In this document: piece after piece, positions 19,228-30,279 of the stretch
How positions within the stretch are numbered: position 1 is the stretch's first letter
How the letters are laid out: each line of letters starts with the position of its first letter
From: Sediminibacterium sp. UBA657
GTDB lineage: Bacteria; Bacteroidota; Bacteroidia; Chitinophagales; Chitinophagaceae
Assembly: GCA_002299885.1 (NCBI GenBank)
Contig: DBOB01000022.1
Location: 1,896 to 65,895, forward strand
Length of the DNA: 64,000 nucleotides
Reading direction: 5' to 3'
Made by a program: the position numbers and the translations under genes
Notes under the pieces: generated by a model
Databases searched by the model: none
What the model was told of the DNA's origin: nothing
What the model saw: the letters and a program-made list of their open reading frames with translations, nothing else

Positions 19228-20868
19228 TTAAAATGTAATGTCCACTTTAATTTCTTCTGTGCCTCTTTTATAAATTAAAAAAGTACTATCCCCCTTTTTA
19301 AATTTAGACAATGTTGTCATATAACTCATCACATCAATGAACTTATAGTCACCCATTTGCAATAAAATATCGCCTGCTTTAAGTCCTAATTTTTCTCCTA
19401 ATTTACCAGCAGAAGCACCCTCAATTCTAAGCCCAGTGCCCGTATACGCATAATCAGGCATTACACCCAAACTCACTGTAAACTTAGTGCTACGGCCCAT
19501 TGCAGCTTCACGCGTTTTTAAGAAATCAAGCTTGCCATAAGTGTTAGTAGTTTGAATAATATTTTGCACAAATCGTAGGATATCTTTTTGTCCTTCGTAA
19601 TTAATCTTTTCCCAATCGTCGGTTGCTTTATGGTAATCTGCATGGCTGCCTGTGAACATAAATAATACCGGCATATCTTTTCTGTAAAAACTAGCATGAT
19701 CACTTGGACCAGTTCCAGCACTATCAATCGTATATAATAAAGAAGTTGGTGTTTTTGAAATAATTTCGGACCACTTGCTAGAAGTACCATATCCACCTAA
19801 GCTCATTTTTTTAGTTGCATCATACCTGCCCACCATATCCATATTCACCATATAGTTAAAGCTGGTTTGAAGGGTTGGATTGTCTAACCAATACTTGCTT
19901 CCAATCAATCCAAGTTCTTCGGCAGAGAAATGAATGATCAAATAATTATTTTTATTGTAGGCATCTCCTTGTTTAGAAGCTTTATTTAATGTTTTTGCTA
20001 ATTCAATCAAAGCCGCAGTACCACTGGCATTGTCGTCGGCACCATTGCGGATATCATTGTTAATGTCCAATGCATTTTTATCTTGATTGTACCCTAAGTG
20101 GTCTACATGCGCACCCAGCACAACGGTATGTGCTGCTTTATTATCAATAAATGCTACCACATTTTTCCCTGTTCTAATTTGCGGCACTAAAATTAAATTA
20201 GCATCAATATCAAATGTGCCCAATGCATCATTGAAGAATTTTTTAAAGCCGTCTTTAGTGATGTATACTACTGGTATAGCGAGCGCAGCACTTGTATCAA
20301 ATTTGTTAAATTGTATATTGTCTACCAAAGTACCGCTATTATAAAGGAACAATGCTTTTGCATTTTTTTCTTTCATGTTATTAGCAGTCGACTTGATCCA
20401 ATCTTGTAAATCAAAGTGCGGATTGCTTTGTTGTTCTTCTAATACTTCTTGTACATCCTTAAACCAAACCTGACCAGCTTCTTCTAAAGCAAGGGTTGAC
20501 TTAGTTGTAAATTGACCATTCGATCCAGTAGACACGGTAAAAAAATCATTACCAAAATCCATTGATTGTTGATTCACTTTCAAAAATGCATTGTCACCCC
20601 ATTTTTTCCCTTCATTAATAGGGAATGCTTGAAGATATCCTTTTGTCCCCATGGGCTGGATACCAGCAGCTTCATATTGTGCAATGATATAGTCAACCGC
20701 CTTTTGCTCTCCTTCGCTACCAGCACGTCGTCCTTCAAGCACATCACTGGCTAAATATTGAACATGTAATTTTAAGTTTTTCATCAACTGACGATCTACC
20801 TTATTTTGCTTTTGAGCAAGACCAAAAAAGGATACAAATAGGAAGAGGGCCGTAATAATTGGACGCAT
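19228..20868 (-). CDS. M28-family zinc aminopeptidase with C-terminal PDZ domain
   Basis: Signal peptide from MRPIITALFLFVSFFGLAQ. Metal ligands GAHVDHLG, GADDNASG, SAEELGLIGS, NMDMVG. C-terminal PDZ (LGLKAGDILLQMGDYKF). Confidence 0.82.
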   Translation of the reverse strand: MRPIITALFLFVSFFGLAQKQNKVDRQLMKNLKLHVQYLASDVLEGRRAGSEGEQKAVDYIIAQYEAAGIQPMGTKGYLQAFPINEGKKWGDNAFLKVNQQSMDFGNDFFTVSTGSNGQFTTKSTLALEEAGQVWFKDVQEVLEEQQSNPHFDLQDWIKSTANNMKEKNAKALFLYNSGTLVDNIQFNKFDTSAALAIPVVYITKDGFKKFFNDALGTFDIDANLILVPQIRTGKNVVAFIDNKAAHTVVLGAHVDHLGYNQDKNALDINNDIRNGADDNASGTAALIELAKTLNKASKQGDAYNKNNYLIIHFSAEELGLIGSKYWLDNPTLQTSFNYMVNMDMVGRYDATKKMSLGGYGTSSKWSEIISKTPTSLLYTIDSAGTGPSDHASFYRKDMPVLFMFTGSHADYHKATDDWEKINYEGQKDILRFVQNIIQTTNTYGKLDFLKTREAAMGRSTKFTVSLGVMPDYAYTGTGLRIEGASAGKLGEKLGLKAGDILLQMGDYKFIDVMSYMTTLSKFKKGDSTFLIYKRGTEEIKVDITF

Positions 20869-21001
20869 AGATCGTGTTTGAACTATAAAATTAAGCAATG
20901 GAGACTAGTTTTATCGTCTATTGGATCAAAAACTGAGAAAAGTCATACATTTTAAAAGGTTTCAATTTCTAATTTCGTAAGTAGTCCCTATGCTTAATGG
21001 C

Positions 21002-21009
21002 TAGCTTTG
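21002..21009 (+). promoter_or_regulatory. -7 promoter box TAGCTTTG upstream of feoB (contains the track's TTG start)
   Basis: Perfect TAnnTTTG. The TTG at 21007-21009 is the end of the box. Confidence 0.4.
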
Positions 21010-21018
21010 CGACCAATC

Positions 21019-23127
21019 GTGAAAGCAGGTATACATATCGCCTTAGTGGGGAATCCCAACAGTGGAAAAAGTTCTCTTTTTAATGCCTTAACGGGACTGC
21101 AACAAAAAGTAGGCAATTTCCCTGGCGTTACTGTTGACAAGAAAACAGGGGATCTGCAAATAGGACCACATCAAAGTACTTTAATTGACTTACCTGGCAC
21201 ATATAGTTTTTACCCAAAAAGAGAAGACGAATGGGTGGCCTACCGAGTGTTGATGGGTGTAGACGAAGATGTAAAAACAGATGTGATTTTATTAATTGCA
21301 GATGCAAGTAATTTAAAAAGAAATTTACTTTTTTGTAGTCAAATCATAGACTTAAAAATTCCTGTGGTCTTGGCACTCACCATGAATGACCTTGCACAAA
21401 AAAAAGGCATCAAAGTGGATATTGCTGGATTACAATCCGATTTAGGCATTCCTGTTGTTGCAGTGGACGCAAGAAAAAACAAAGGCTTAGGAGAATTAAA
21501 AAAAGCATTGGGACAAATTATTGAAACACCGCGTTCAAGAAACCAAGAAAGTTTCATTGACAATAAAAACCTTGCTCCTGCTGCCATTGATGCATTTAAA
21601 AAAACATACCCTACGCATAGCGACTATGCTGCTTTGCATTATCTGATGCATCATGAGACATTTCCTTTAGACCAAGAAATGCAAGAAAACATTGAGCAGA
21701 TTGAAATTGAAACCGATTTTAACCATACTAAAACACAGGCGCAAGAAATCTTACAGCGTTATCAGCGCATTCAAGAGCTCATGAAAAAATGGGTGACTGA
21801 ACCGGATCCAACTGCGAAGAAAAAAAGAACAGACAGGTTAGACAATATTTTATTACACCGTGTAGGAGGTTATATTATTTTATTAAGCGTTTTATTTTTA
21901 TTGTTTCAGTCTGTATTTTGGATGGCATCCTTCCCAATGGATGGTATTGAATGGATATTTACTAATATCACTACTTATCTAAATCAAGTATTACCAGAAG
22001 CTTGGTGGCAGGACTTATTGGTGAATGGTTTGATTGCAGGCATTGGCGGTATTGTGATTTTTGTGCCTCAAATTATGATCTTATTTGGACTCATCACTTT
22101 GCTAGAAGATACTGGCTATATGGCTAGGATCAGTTTCCTAAGTGATAAGTTAATGCGCAAAGTAGGATTGAATGGCAAGAGTGTGATGCCCATGATTAGT
22201 GGCTTTGCTTGTGCTGTGCCAGCCATCATGAGTGCTAGAAATATTGAAAATAAAAAGGAACGCTTACTCACCATTTTAGTAACACCATTTATGAGTTGTA
22301 GTGCAAGACTACCTGTCTACACTATTTTAATTTCTTTGGTGATAGACAATACCATGTATTTTGGTTTTTTAAGTTTACAAGGATTGGTGATGATGGCACT
22401 TTATTTATTAGGGATTGTCATGGCACTATTAGCAAGCTTTGTTCTTAAATTATTTATTCAAATTAAAGAGAAGAGTTATTTTATTTTAGAACTACCTGTA
22501 TACCGTGCACCACGCTGGGGCAATGTGGGCATGACGATGATACAAAAAGCAAAAATATTTGTGGTGGATGCAGGTAAAGTAATCATTATGATAAGCTTGT
22601 TGTTGTGGTTCTTAAGTTCTTATGGACCAGGTGAAAAAATGGAACAGCTTAATGCGCAATATACATTAGCAGTTAAAACAAATCCAGCACAAGAAGCGCA
22701 ATTAGAAAAACAGTACAACACCGACAAGCTTGCTAATTCTTATGCAGGTATTTTAGGTAAAAAAATAGAACCCGTGATTAAGCCTTTGGGTTATGATTGG
22801 AAGATTGGTATTGCACTCATTACTTCTTTTGCAGCAAGAGAGGTGTTTGTAGGCACCATGGCTACCTTATATAGTGTAGAGGAAGATAATAATAGCAGTT
22901 TAAGAGAGAAATTACGCGCTTCTGTTTGGCCAGATGGCAAACCCGTTTATAGTTTAGCCACAGCACTTTCCTTGATGGTGTTTTATGTACTTGCGATGCA
23001 ATGCATGAGTACACTCGCTATTGTGAAAAGAGAGACAGGGACTTGGAAATGGCCAACTATTCAATTCTTTATGATGACAGGACTAGCTTATCTTTTAAGC
23101 TGGCTGACATATGTCATTGCGAAGTAA
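21019..23127 (+). CDS. feoB: Ferrous iron transporter FeoB
   Basis: N-terminal G-domain (ALVGNPNSGKSSLFNALTG, DLPGTYS, NMND) followed by a polytopic permease. Start is either GTG 21019 (preferred, downstream of the -7 box) or TTG 21007. Confidence 0.92.
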   Translation: MKAGIHIALVGNPNSGKSSLFNALTGLQQKVGNFPGVTVDKKTGDLQIGPHQSTLIDLPGTYSFYPKREDEWVAYRVLMGVDEDVKTDVILLIADASNLKRNLLFCSQIIDLKIPVVLALTMNDLAQKKGIKVDIAGLQSDLGIPVVAVDARKNKGLGELKKALGQIIETPRSRNQESFIDNKNLAPAAIDAFKKTYPTHSDYAALHYLMHHETFPLDQEMQENIEQIEIETDFNHTKTQAQEILQRYQRIQELMKKWVTEPDPTAKKKRTDRLDNILLHRVGGYIILLSVLFLLFQSVFWMASFPMDGIEWIFTNITTYLNQVLPEAWWQDLLVNGLIAGIGGIVIFVPQIMILFGLITLLEDTGYMARISFLSDKLMRKVGLNGKSVMPMISGFACAVPAIMSARNIENKKERLLTILVTPFMSCSARLPVYTILISLVIDNTMYFGFLSLQGLVMMALYLLGIVMALLASFVLKLFIQIKEKSYFILELPVYRAPRWGNVGMTMIQKAKIFVVDAGKVIIMISLLLWFLSSYGPGEKMEQLNAQYTLAVKTNPAQEAQLEKQYNTDKLANSYAGILGKKIEPVIKPLGYDWKIGIALITSFAAREVFVGTMATLYSVEEDNNSSLREKLRASVWPDGKPVYSLATALSLMVFYVLAMQCMSTLAIVKRETGTWKWPTIQFFMMTGLAYLLSWLTYVIAK

Positions 23128-23151
23128 AATTGGAATTAAGTACCTACGAAC

Positions 23152-23616
23152 CTACCAACCAGAAATAGCTAAAATCTCGGCGGTATGGTCTTTTGTATCT
23201 GGTTTTTCAATGATATGCTGTACCATTCCAGCTTCGTCTATCAAAAAAGTGGTCCTGGTAGTGCCCATATAGGTCTTCCCCATGAACTTTTTCTGGCCCC
23301 AAAGATTGTATTTATCCACGATTTTCTTGTCTTCGTCAGCGATTAAAGAAAAAGGGAGCTCGTATTTATCGATGAATTTTACATGGGAAGCAACCGAGTC
23401 AACACTGACTCCTAAAATAGCGATTCCCTTCTTAATCAATTTCTTATAATTATCACGCAAGTTGCAAGCCTGTGCTGTACAACCTGGTGTATCGTCCTTT
23501 GGATAGAAGTATAAAACCAATTTTTGCCCTTTAAAATCGGCTATTGAGACTGTTTTGCCGTGCTGATCTGCCCCTTTGAATGCTGGTGCCTTAGCCCCTT
23601 CTTTAATAACTGCCAT
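23152..23616 (-). CDS. bcp: Thioredoxin-dependent peroxiredoxin Bcp
   Basis: FYPKDDTPGCTAQAC with peroxidatic and resolving Cys 5 residues apart. 154 aa. Confidence 0.9.
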   Translation of the reverse strand: MAVIKEGAKAPAFKGADQHGKTVSIADFKGQKLVLYFYPKDDTPGCTAQACNLRDNYKKLIKKGIAILGVSVDSVASHVKFIDKYELPFSLIADEDKKIVDKYNLWGQKKFMGKTYMGTTRTTFLIDEAGMVQHIIEKPDTKDHTAEILAISGW

Positions 23617-23717
23617 AACATATAGTATTGTGGTGAAGGTACGAATTAAAAAGGAGAAAATTGTTTGGGGTAATTTGAACCGAATGCGGGCAAAAATTAA
23701 TAGATTTGCGCAATTTA

Positions 23718-23725
23718 TATTTTTG
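23718..23725 (+). promoter_or_regulatory. -7 promoter box TATTTTTG, 5 nt from carB ATG
   Basis: TATTTTTG-TAGCC-ATG. Confidence 0.45.
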
Positions 23726-23730
23726 TAGCC

Positions 23731-25377
<1,647 letters not shown>

Positions 25378-25386
25378 GACGAACAC

Positions 25387-25413
25387 CACATTGAAAAATA
25401 AAATTTCAATGTG
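25387..25413 (+). terminator. Perfect 10-bp hairpin after carB half-gene (weak terminator candidate)
   Basis: CACATTGAAA-aataaaa-TTTCAATGTG. AT-rich stem with no clean U-tract, so weak. Confidence 0.3.
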
Positions 25414-25452
25414 CGAAAAAAATAAATTTATTTCAAAGTATAACCTAACAAT

Positions 25453-26418
25453 ATGAACGCAAAAGATATCGTAGTTCAAAACGAAAAAGAAACAAGAGCA
25501 GGATTCGGAGATGGCATTTTAGAAATCGCTAGAGAAAATAAAAACGTCGTAGTATTGACTGCAGACTTAGCGGGTTCTTTTAAATTAGGCCCTTTGATGA
25601 AAGAACTACCTGAGCGCTTCATAGAAGTAGGCATTGCAGAAGCCAATATGATTGGCATTGCAGCGGGCTTAACCATTGGCGGAAAAATTCCTTACACAAC
25701 CACTTTTGCTGGATTTAGCACAGGTCGTGTGTATGATCAAATTAGACAAAGTGTTGCTTACTCAGATAAGAATGTAAAAATTTGTGCATCGCATGCAGGA
25801 TTAACTTTAGGAGAAGATGGTGCAACACATCAAATATTAGAAGACATAGGATTAATGAAAATGTTACCAGGCATGACGGTGATTGTGCCTTGTGATTATA
25901 ACCAAACAAAAGCTGCAACAAAAATGATTGCAGGATATGAAGGTCCAGTGTACTTAAGATTTGGTCGACCAAAATGGCCAAACTTCACTAAGGAAGACGG
26001 ATCTGATTTTGTGATTGGTAAGGCACAAATATTAGCAGAAGGAACAGATGTGACGATTGTGGCATGTGGCCACCTAGTATGGAAGTCTATTGAAGCAGCA
26101 AAACAATTAGAAGCAGAAGGCATCAGTGTAGAAGTGATCAACTTGCATACCATTAAACCATTTGACGAAGCAGCAATTCTTACTAGCTTAAAGAAAACAG
26201 GTTGTGTAGTGACTGCCGAAGAACATAACGTGATTGGCGGTATGGGTGATGTGGTGGCACAAGCGGCTGCAAAGCATTATCCAGTGCCTGTAGAATTCAT
26301 TGGCACTCAAGATACATTTGGAGAAAGCGGTACCCCGAATCAATTATTAACTAAATACGGATTGGACGCAGTGAATATTGTTGCTGCAGCAAAGAAAGTA
26401 ATAAGCCGCAAAAAATAG
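25453..26418 (+). CDS. Transketolase, C-terminal (pyrimidine-binding + C-terminal domain) subunit
   Basis: 321 aa. ERFIEVGIAEANMIGIAAGL and GATHQILEDIGLM motifs of split transketolase / DXS-like subunit B. Confidence 0.85.
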   Translation: MNAKDIVVQNEKETRAGFGDGILEIARENKNVVVLTADLAGSFKLGPLMKELPERFIEVGIAEANMIGIAAGLTIGGKIPYTTTFAGFSTGRVYDQIRQSVAYSDKNVKICASHAGLTLGEDGATHQILEDIGLMKMLPGMTVIVPCDYNQTKAATKMIAGYEGPVYLRFGRPKWPNFTKEDGSDFVIGKAQILAEGTDVTIVACGHLVWKSIEAAKQLEAEGISVEVINLHTIKPFDEAAILTSLKKTGCVVTAEEHNVIGGMGDVVAQAAAKHYPVPVEFIGTQDTFGESGTPNQLLTKYGLDAVNIVAAAKKVISRKK

Positions 26419-26464
26419 AATTTAAAGAAATGTAAATTCTATTTTTTTCTACTCTAATGATTTT

Positions 26465-26494
26465 AAAAAACCCGAAGCATACTTCGGGTTTTTT
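26465..26494. terminator. Bidirectional rho-independent terminator between tkt-C and pdxH
   Basis: AAAAAA-CCCGAAG-cata-CTTCGGG-TTTTTT. Confidence 0.85.
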
Positions 26495-26504
26495 GGCCTA
26501 AGGA

Positions 26505-27149
26505 CTAGGGCGCTAGTCTTACTTTCACCCAATGTCCATTGTCGTGCAGGCTGTATTGTAAGCGATCGTGTAAACGAGAGCTACGTCCCTGCCAAAATTC
26601 TATTTCTGTTGGATGAATAATATATCCGCCCCAATCTGGAGGCAATGGTATGATTCCTTCTTTAAATTTTTCTGTATTTTCTGCAACAAGGTCCTCTAAG
26701 AATTCCCTGTTAGGAATGATTCTACTTTGTGGCGAGGACCATGCGCCCAATTGACTTCCAATGGGTCTAGAATGAAAATAGGTTTCGCTTTCTTCTTTGC
26801 TAATTTTTTTGATCGTTCCTGTAATGCGTACTTGACGCTCTAATTCTTTCCAGAAAAAGTTCATCGCAACATGCGGATGTGCATCTACTTGCAATCCCTT
26901 TGCAGAAGCATAATTGGTGAAAAACACAAAACCTTGTGAGGTGTACCCCTTTAACAATACTACTCTAGAAGCAGGCGCGCCGTTGGCTTTCACAGTAGAC
27001 AATACAAATGCATTCACTTCGTCAATATTGCTTTCAATGGCCTCGTTCCACCAAATGGTGAACTGTTCCATTGGATGTTCCATGCTCGTAGCTTCATCCA
27101 AAGAAGCTAGTTGGTAGTCGCGACGGATATCCGCAATATCTCTATTCAT
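26505..27149 (-). CDS. pdxH: Pyridoxamine 5'-phosphate oxidase
   Basis: RVVLLKG...FFTNY...IEFWQGRSSRLHDRLQY C-terminal signature. Confidence 0.92.
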   Translation of the reverse strand: MNRDIADIRRDYQLASLDEATSMEHPMEQFTIWWNEAIESNIDEVNAFVLSTVKANGAPASRVVLLKGYTSQGFVFFTNYASAKGLQVDAHPHVAMNFFWKELERQVRITGTIKKISKEESETYFHSRPIGSQLGAWSSPQSRIIPNREFLEDLVAENTEKFKEGIIPLPPDWGGYIIHPTEIEFWQGRSSRLHDRLQYSLHDNGHWVKVRLAP

Positions 27150-27177
27150 AAAAAAGTATTTAAAATAAAATTAAACA

Positions 27178-28272
27178 TTATTGGCCAGTATCCCTTACAG
27201 ACTTAGTCGCATAAATGATATTCACCACAGAAAGTAATAATAACATCCCCACCAATTGATGTAATTGTGCCATCCACTCAAAATTGCCCCAAGTACCAGG
27301 AATAATATGTTTACTTGTCAATACAGAAAATACGCCAAGCAATACCTGTAATAATACAAAGTACAAAGGCAACCTATTCACATTACTCCAAAATAAGTTC
27401 CCCTTAATTTTACGCATTTGAGCAACCCAATAAATAACCACTGCTAATAAAATATACGCCAAGCCACGATGTACAAAATGTATCCAAGTGGTGTTATCAA
27501 TGGCATTTAAGAAGAAGCTCTCCTTACCCATTAAATGTGTAGGCACCCACTCTCCATTGATTGTTGGCCAAGTGCTTGCTACGTTTGCAGCCTTATGCCC
27601 CGCCATGAGCGCACCATAAATTAATTGAAAAAACAAAAGCCCAAGTACCACCCAAGCCCAAATACGAAAGCCTTTAAAACTTTGTTGTGCTTCTGAACTT
27701 AAATGCGCTTTTTCAACTGGTTTCACTTTTAAGGAAAGCGCGAACCAATAAGTATAAGATAGTAAGCCCAAAGCGAAAATAAAATGCAATGCCAAGCGCG
27801 TTGGTTTTACATACACCGCATCCCCTTCTAAACCACTTGCAACCATGATCCAACCAATCCCACCTTGTAAGGCACCTAATAAAAATAGAATCACCAAGGG
27901 ACGAATCATGGTAGGTTGGAAATATTTTTTTACAATAAAATAAATAAATCCAAAAGCAAATACTAACCCAATGATACGCGCCCATAAGCGGTGGAACCAT
28001 TCCCAAAAAAAGATGAACTTAAAGTTATCAATCGTAAAGTCAAAATTCAATAATTGAAATTGGGGTGTTGTTTTATATTTTTCAAATAAGGCCAACCATG
28101 CCGCTTGATTTAGTGGAGGCAAGGTGCCTGTAACTACGTCCCATTCTGTAATAGACAAGCCACTGCCTGTTAAACGTGTGATACCACCCAATGCGATTTG
28201 CACAATGGTCATGGCTACACCAAGGATCAACCAATTGGCAACAGCGCGAGATTTCTTGTCTTGTAATTCCAT
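27178..28272 (-). CDS. ctaA: Heme A synthase (COX15/CtaA family)
   Basis: 364 aa with about 8 TM segments and conserved His in HR motifs (WFHRLWA, HFVHRGLA). Confidence 0.8.
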   Translation of the reverse strand: MELQDKKSRAVANWLILGVAMTIVQIALGGITRLTGSGLSITEWDVVTGTLPPLNQAAWLALFEKYKTTPQFQLLNFDFTIDNFKFIFFWEWFHRLWARIIGLVFAFGFIYFIVKKYFQPTMIRPLVILFLLGALQGGIGWIMVASGLEGDAVYVKPTRLALHFIFALGLLSYTYWFALSLKVKPVEKAHLSSEAQQSFKGFRIWAWVVLGLLFFQLIYGALMAGHKAANVASTWPTINGEWVPTHLMGKESFFLNAIDNTTWIHFVHRGLAYILLAVVIYWVAQMRKIKGNLFWSNVNRLPLYFVLLQVLLGVFSVLTSKHIIPGTWGNFEWMAQLHQLVGMLLLLSVVNIIYATKSVRDTGQ

Positions 28273-28290
28273 AGTTCTAACTTAATGCCA

Positions 28291-28298
28291 CAAAGTTA
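28291..28298 (-). promoter_or_regulatory. -7 promoter box TAACTTTG, 18 nt upstream of ctaA ATG
   Basis: Plus strand CAAAGTTA. Confidence 0.35.
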
Positions 28299-28369
28299 CT
28301 AAGTAAACAGATTGATTTTGCTTTGTGAAAAAGAATGCAGAATTTCACAGTTCTGCTTACACAAAACAA

Positions 28370-28957
28370 ATGCAAAAATTGGGTAAACTCCTTAATTACT
28401 ATCAAGCCGACAAATTAGAGGCGGGCTGCGACGAAGCAGGGCGAGGTTGTTATGCTGGGCCTGTCTTTGCAGCAGCGGTGATTTTGCCAAAGGATTTTTA
28501 CCACCCCTTAATCAATGATAGTAAAAAATTAAGTGAGCAACAAAGAGCGGCACTGGCACCAATTATTAAAGAAGCAGCTATTGCTTGGGCTATTGGCAGT
28601 CAGACGCCGGCTCAAATTGACGAGATCAATATCTTAAAAGCGAGCATTAAAAGTATGCACCTTGCGCTAGATCAATTAAAAAAACGACCTCAATTTATTG
28701 CGGTAGATGGGAACAGATTTTACGCTTATAAAAAAGTACCACACCAAACTATCATAAAGGGCGATGGGCTATATGCTCATATAGCCGCTGCCAGTATCCT
28801 TGCAAAAACTGCTCGTGATGCCTATATGATTGAGTTGCACAAAAAGTACCCACAGTATGGATGGGCACAAAATAAAGGATACGGCACTGCTGCGCATCGC
28901 GCAGCCATCGCCCTTCATGGTCTTTGTGATGAACACCGAAAAAGTTTCAAGATCTAA
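28370..28957 (+). CDS. rnhB: Ribonuclease HII
   Basis: LEAGCDEAGRGCYAGPVFAAAV (DEAGRG), DSKKLS, KGD...IAAASILAK motifs. ATG 28370 gives a typical ~195 aa protein; the track's GTG 28325 is possible. Confidence 0.9.
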   Translation: MQKLGKLLNYYQADKLEAGCDEAGRGCYAGPVFAAAVILPKDFYHPLINDSKKLSEQQRAALAPIIKEAAIAWAIGSQTPAQIDEINILKASIKSMHLALDQLKKRPQFIAVDGNRFYAYKKVPHQTIIKGDGLYAHIAAASILAKTARDAYMIELHKKYPQYGWAQNKGYGTAAHRAAIALHGLCDEHRKSFKI

Positions 28958-29562
28958 TAATCCCAGACCCCGGCGCCTTGGCGAATAATTTCATAGTGAT
29001 CTGTCGTGCAATCCACTACAGTAGAAGGAATGATCCCTCCTATTCCACCATCCACGACCATGTCTATTTGTTTGCCCCAGTGCTCATAAATGATTTCTGG
29101 ATCGGTGTACTCTTCCACTTCCTCTCCCGGAAAACTCGCAGATAAAATAGGATGCCCCAAGGTTTTGATAATAGAGAGTGCAATTAAATTATCAGGGATA
29201 CGAAGCCCAATGGTTTTTTTTCTGGACTGTAAAATTTTAGGCACTTCTTTGCTTGCAGGTAAAATAAAAGTGAATGGACCAGGCAATGCTTTTTTCAAAA
29301 TACGAAACAAACTATTGTCAATACTTTTTGCATATAAACTTAAATCACTTAAATCGGCACAAATAAAACTAAGGTTTGCTTTCTCAGGATCTACTTTTTT
29401 TATAGCACAAATTTTCTCAATTGCATCATGTTTAAAAATAGAACAGCCCAATCCATAAATGGTATCTGTAGGATATGCAATGATACCGCCAGATTGAAGA
29501 CAATCCGCTACCATAGCCAGTTGTCGAGGTTGAGGATGTGTGGGATGAATTTGAATTAGCAT
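28954..29562 (-). CDS. tsaC: L-threonylcarbamoyladenylate synthase (YrdC/TsaC type)
   Basis: YPTDTIYGLGC, LSFICADL, LPGPFTFIL motifs. ATG 29562 (MLIQIHPTHPQ) preferred; the 27-codon upstream extension overlaps the divergent gene. Confidence 0.85.
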   Translation of the reverse strand: MLIQIHPTHPQPRQLAMVADCLQSGGIIAYPTDTIYGLGCSIFKHDAIEKICAIKKVDPEKANLSFICADLSDLSLYAKSIDNSLFRILKKALPGPFTFILPASKEVPKILQSRKKTIGLRIPDNLIALSIIKTLGHPILSASFPGEEVEEYTDPEIIYEHWGKQIDMVVDGGIGGIIPSTVVDCTTDHYEIIRQGAGVWDY

Positions 29563-29629
29563 AAAGTTGATAGGTATAAATACCCATTTGATTACCTTAA
29601 AATTAGCTTTAATTTGGTAAACGAAAATT

Positions 29630-30277
29630 ATGTTTTCCATCATCTACTTAGAAGAAAAAATATTGATCCGTAACGCAGTGGCAGCTTGTATCGAACAACA
29701 AGAAGACTGTAAAGTCATTTTCCAAACAGGCTGCATCCAAGCAATGGAAACTTATATCAACAATACAAAAGAAAAAATTGCACTCTGCATTCTATCCGAC
29801 GACTATGGGCATCAAAGCTTACTAAAACTTATTCAAGTGATTAGAGCGAGTAATCATCATATCTATATCTTATTAAAATCCAACGAAAAGCAAATCAATT
29901 CTATATGTTATCTTATGAAGCATGGACTCAATGGTCTATTTTTCACAGACGAGCCCATGATTGATTTAAAACAATGTGTACAAAGAAAAACGAAATTTAA
30001 TTTATCTGCAGACAAGTGCAAGCTCATTACAAAAAATGTATTGCAAGGTATTGACATCAAGGCTTTGAATTACAATAAAAACCCTCTGACCGAAAATGAA
30101 GTAAAATTTATACAAGCCTGCACCAAGGATCATAGCTACGAAGAGATCGCGGAGCAGTTACAAAAAAGTGTGTTTACCATTTATGGCTATAGAGACCGGA
30201 TCTTTAAAAAGTTAGCAGTAAAACAAAGGACCGCCATGGTGATGACAGCCCTTAAAAGAAATTATATCGATCTGTGA
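29630..30277 (+). CDS. LuxR/GerE-family regulator with degenerate receiver-like N-terminal domain
   Basis: C-terminal LTENEVKFIQACTKDHSYEEIAEQLQKSVFTIYGYRDRIFKKLAV is a GerE HTH. The N-terminal (beta/alpha)5-like region lacks the acidic DD pair and the conserved Lys. Confidence 0.7.
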   Translation: MFSIIYLEEKILIRNAVAACIEQQEDCKVIFQTGCIQAMETYINNTKEKIALCILSDDYGHQSLLKLIQVIRASNHHIYILLKSNEKQINSICYLMKHGLNGLFFTDEPMIDLKQCVQRKTKFNLSADKCKLITKNVLQGIDIKALNYNKNPLTENEVKFIQACTKDHSYEEIAEQLQKSVFTIYGYRDRIFKKLAVKQRTAMVMTALKRNYIDL

Positions 30278-30279
30278 AA

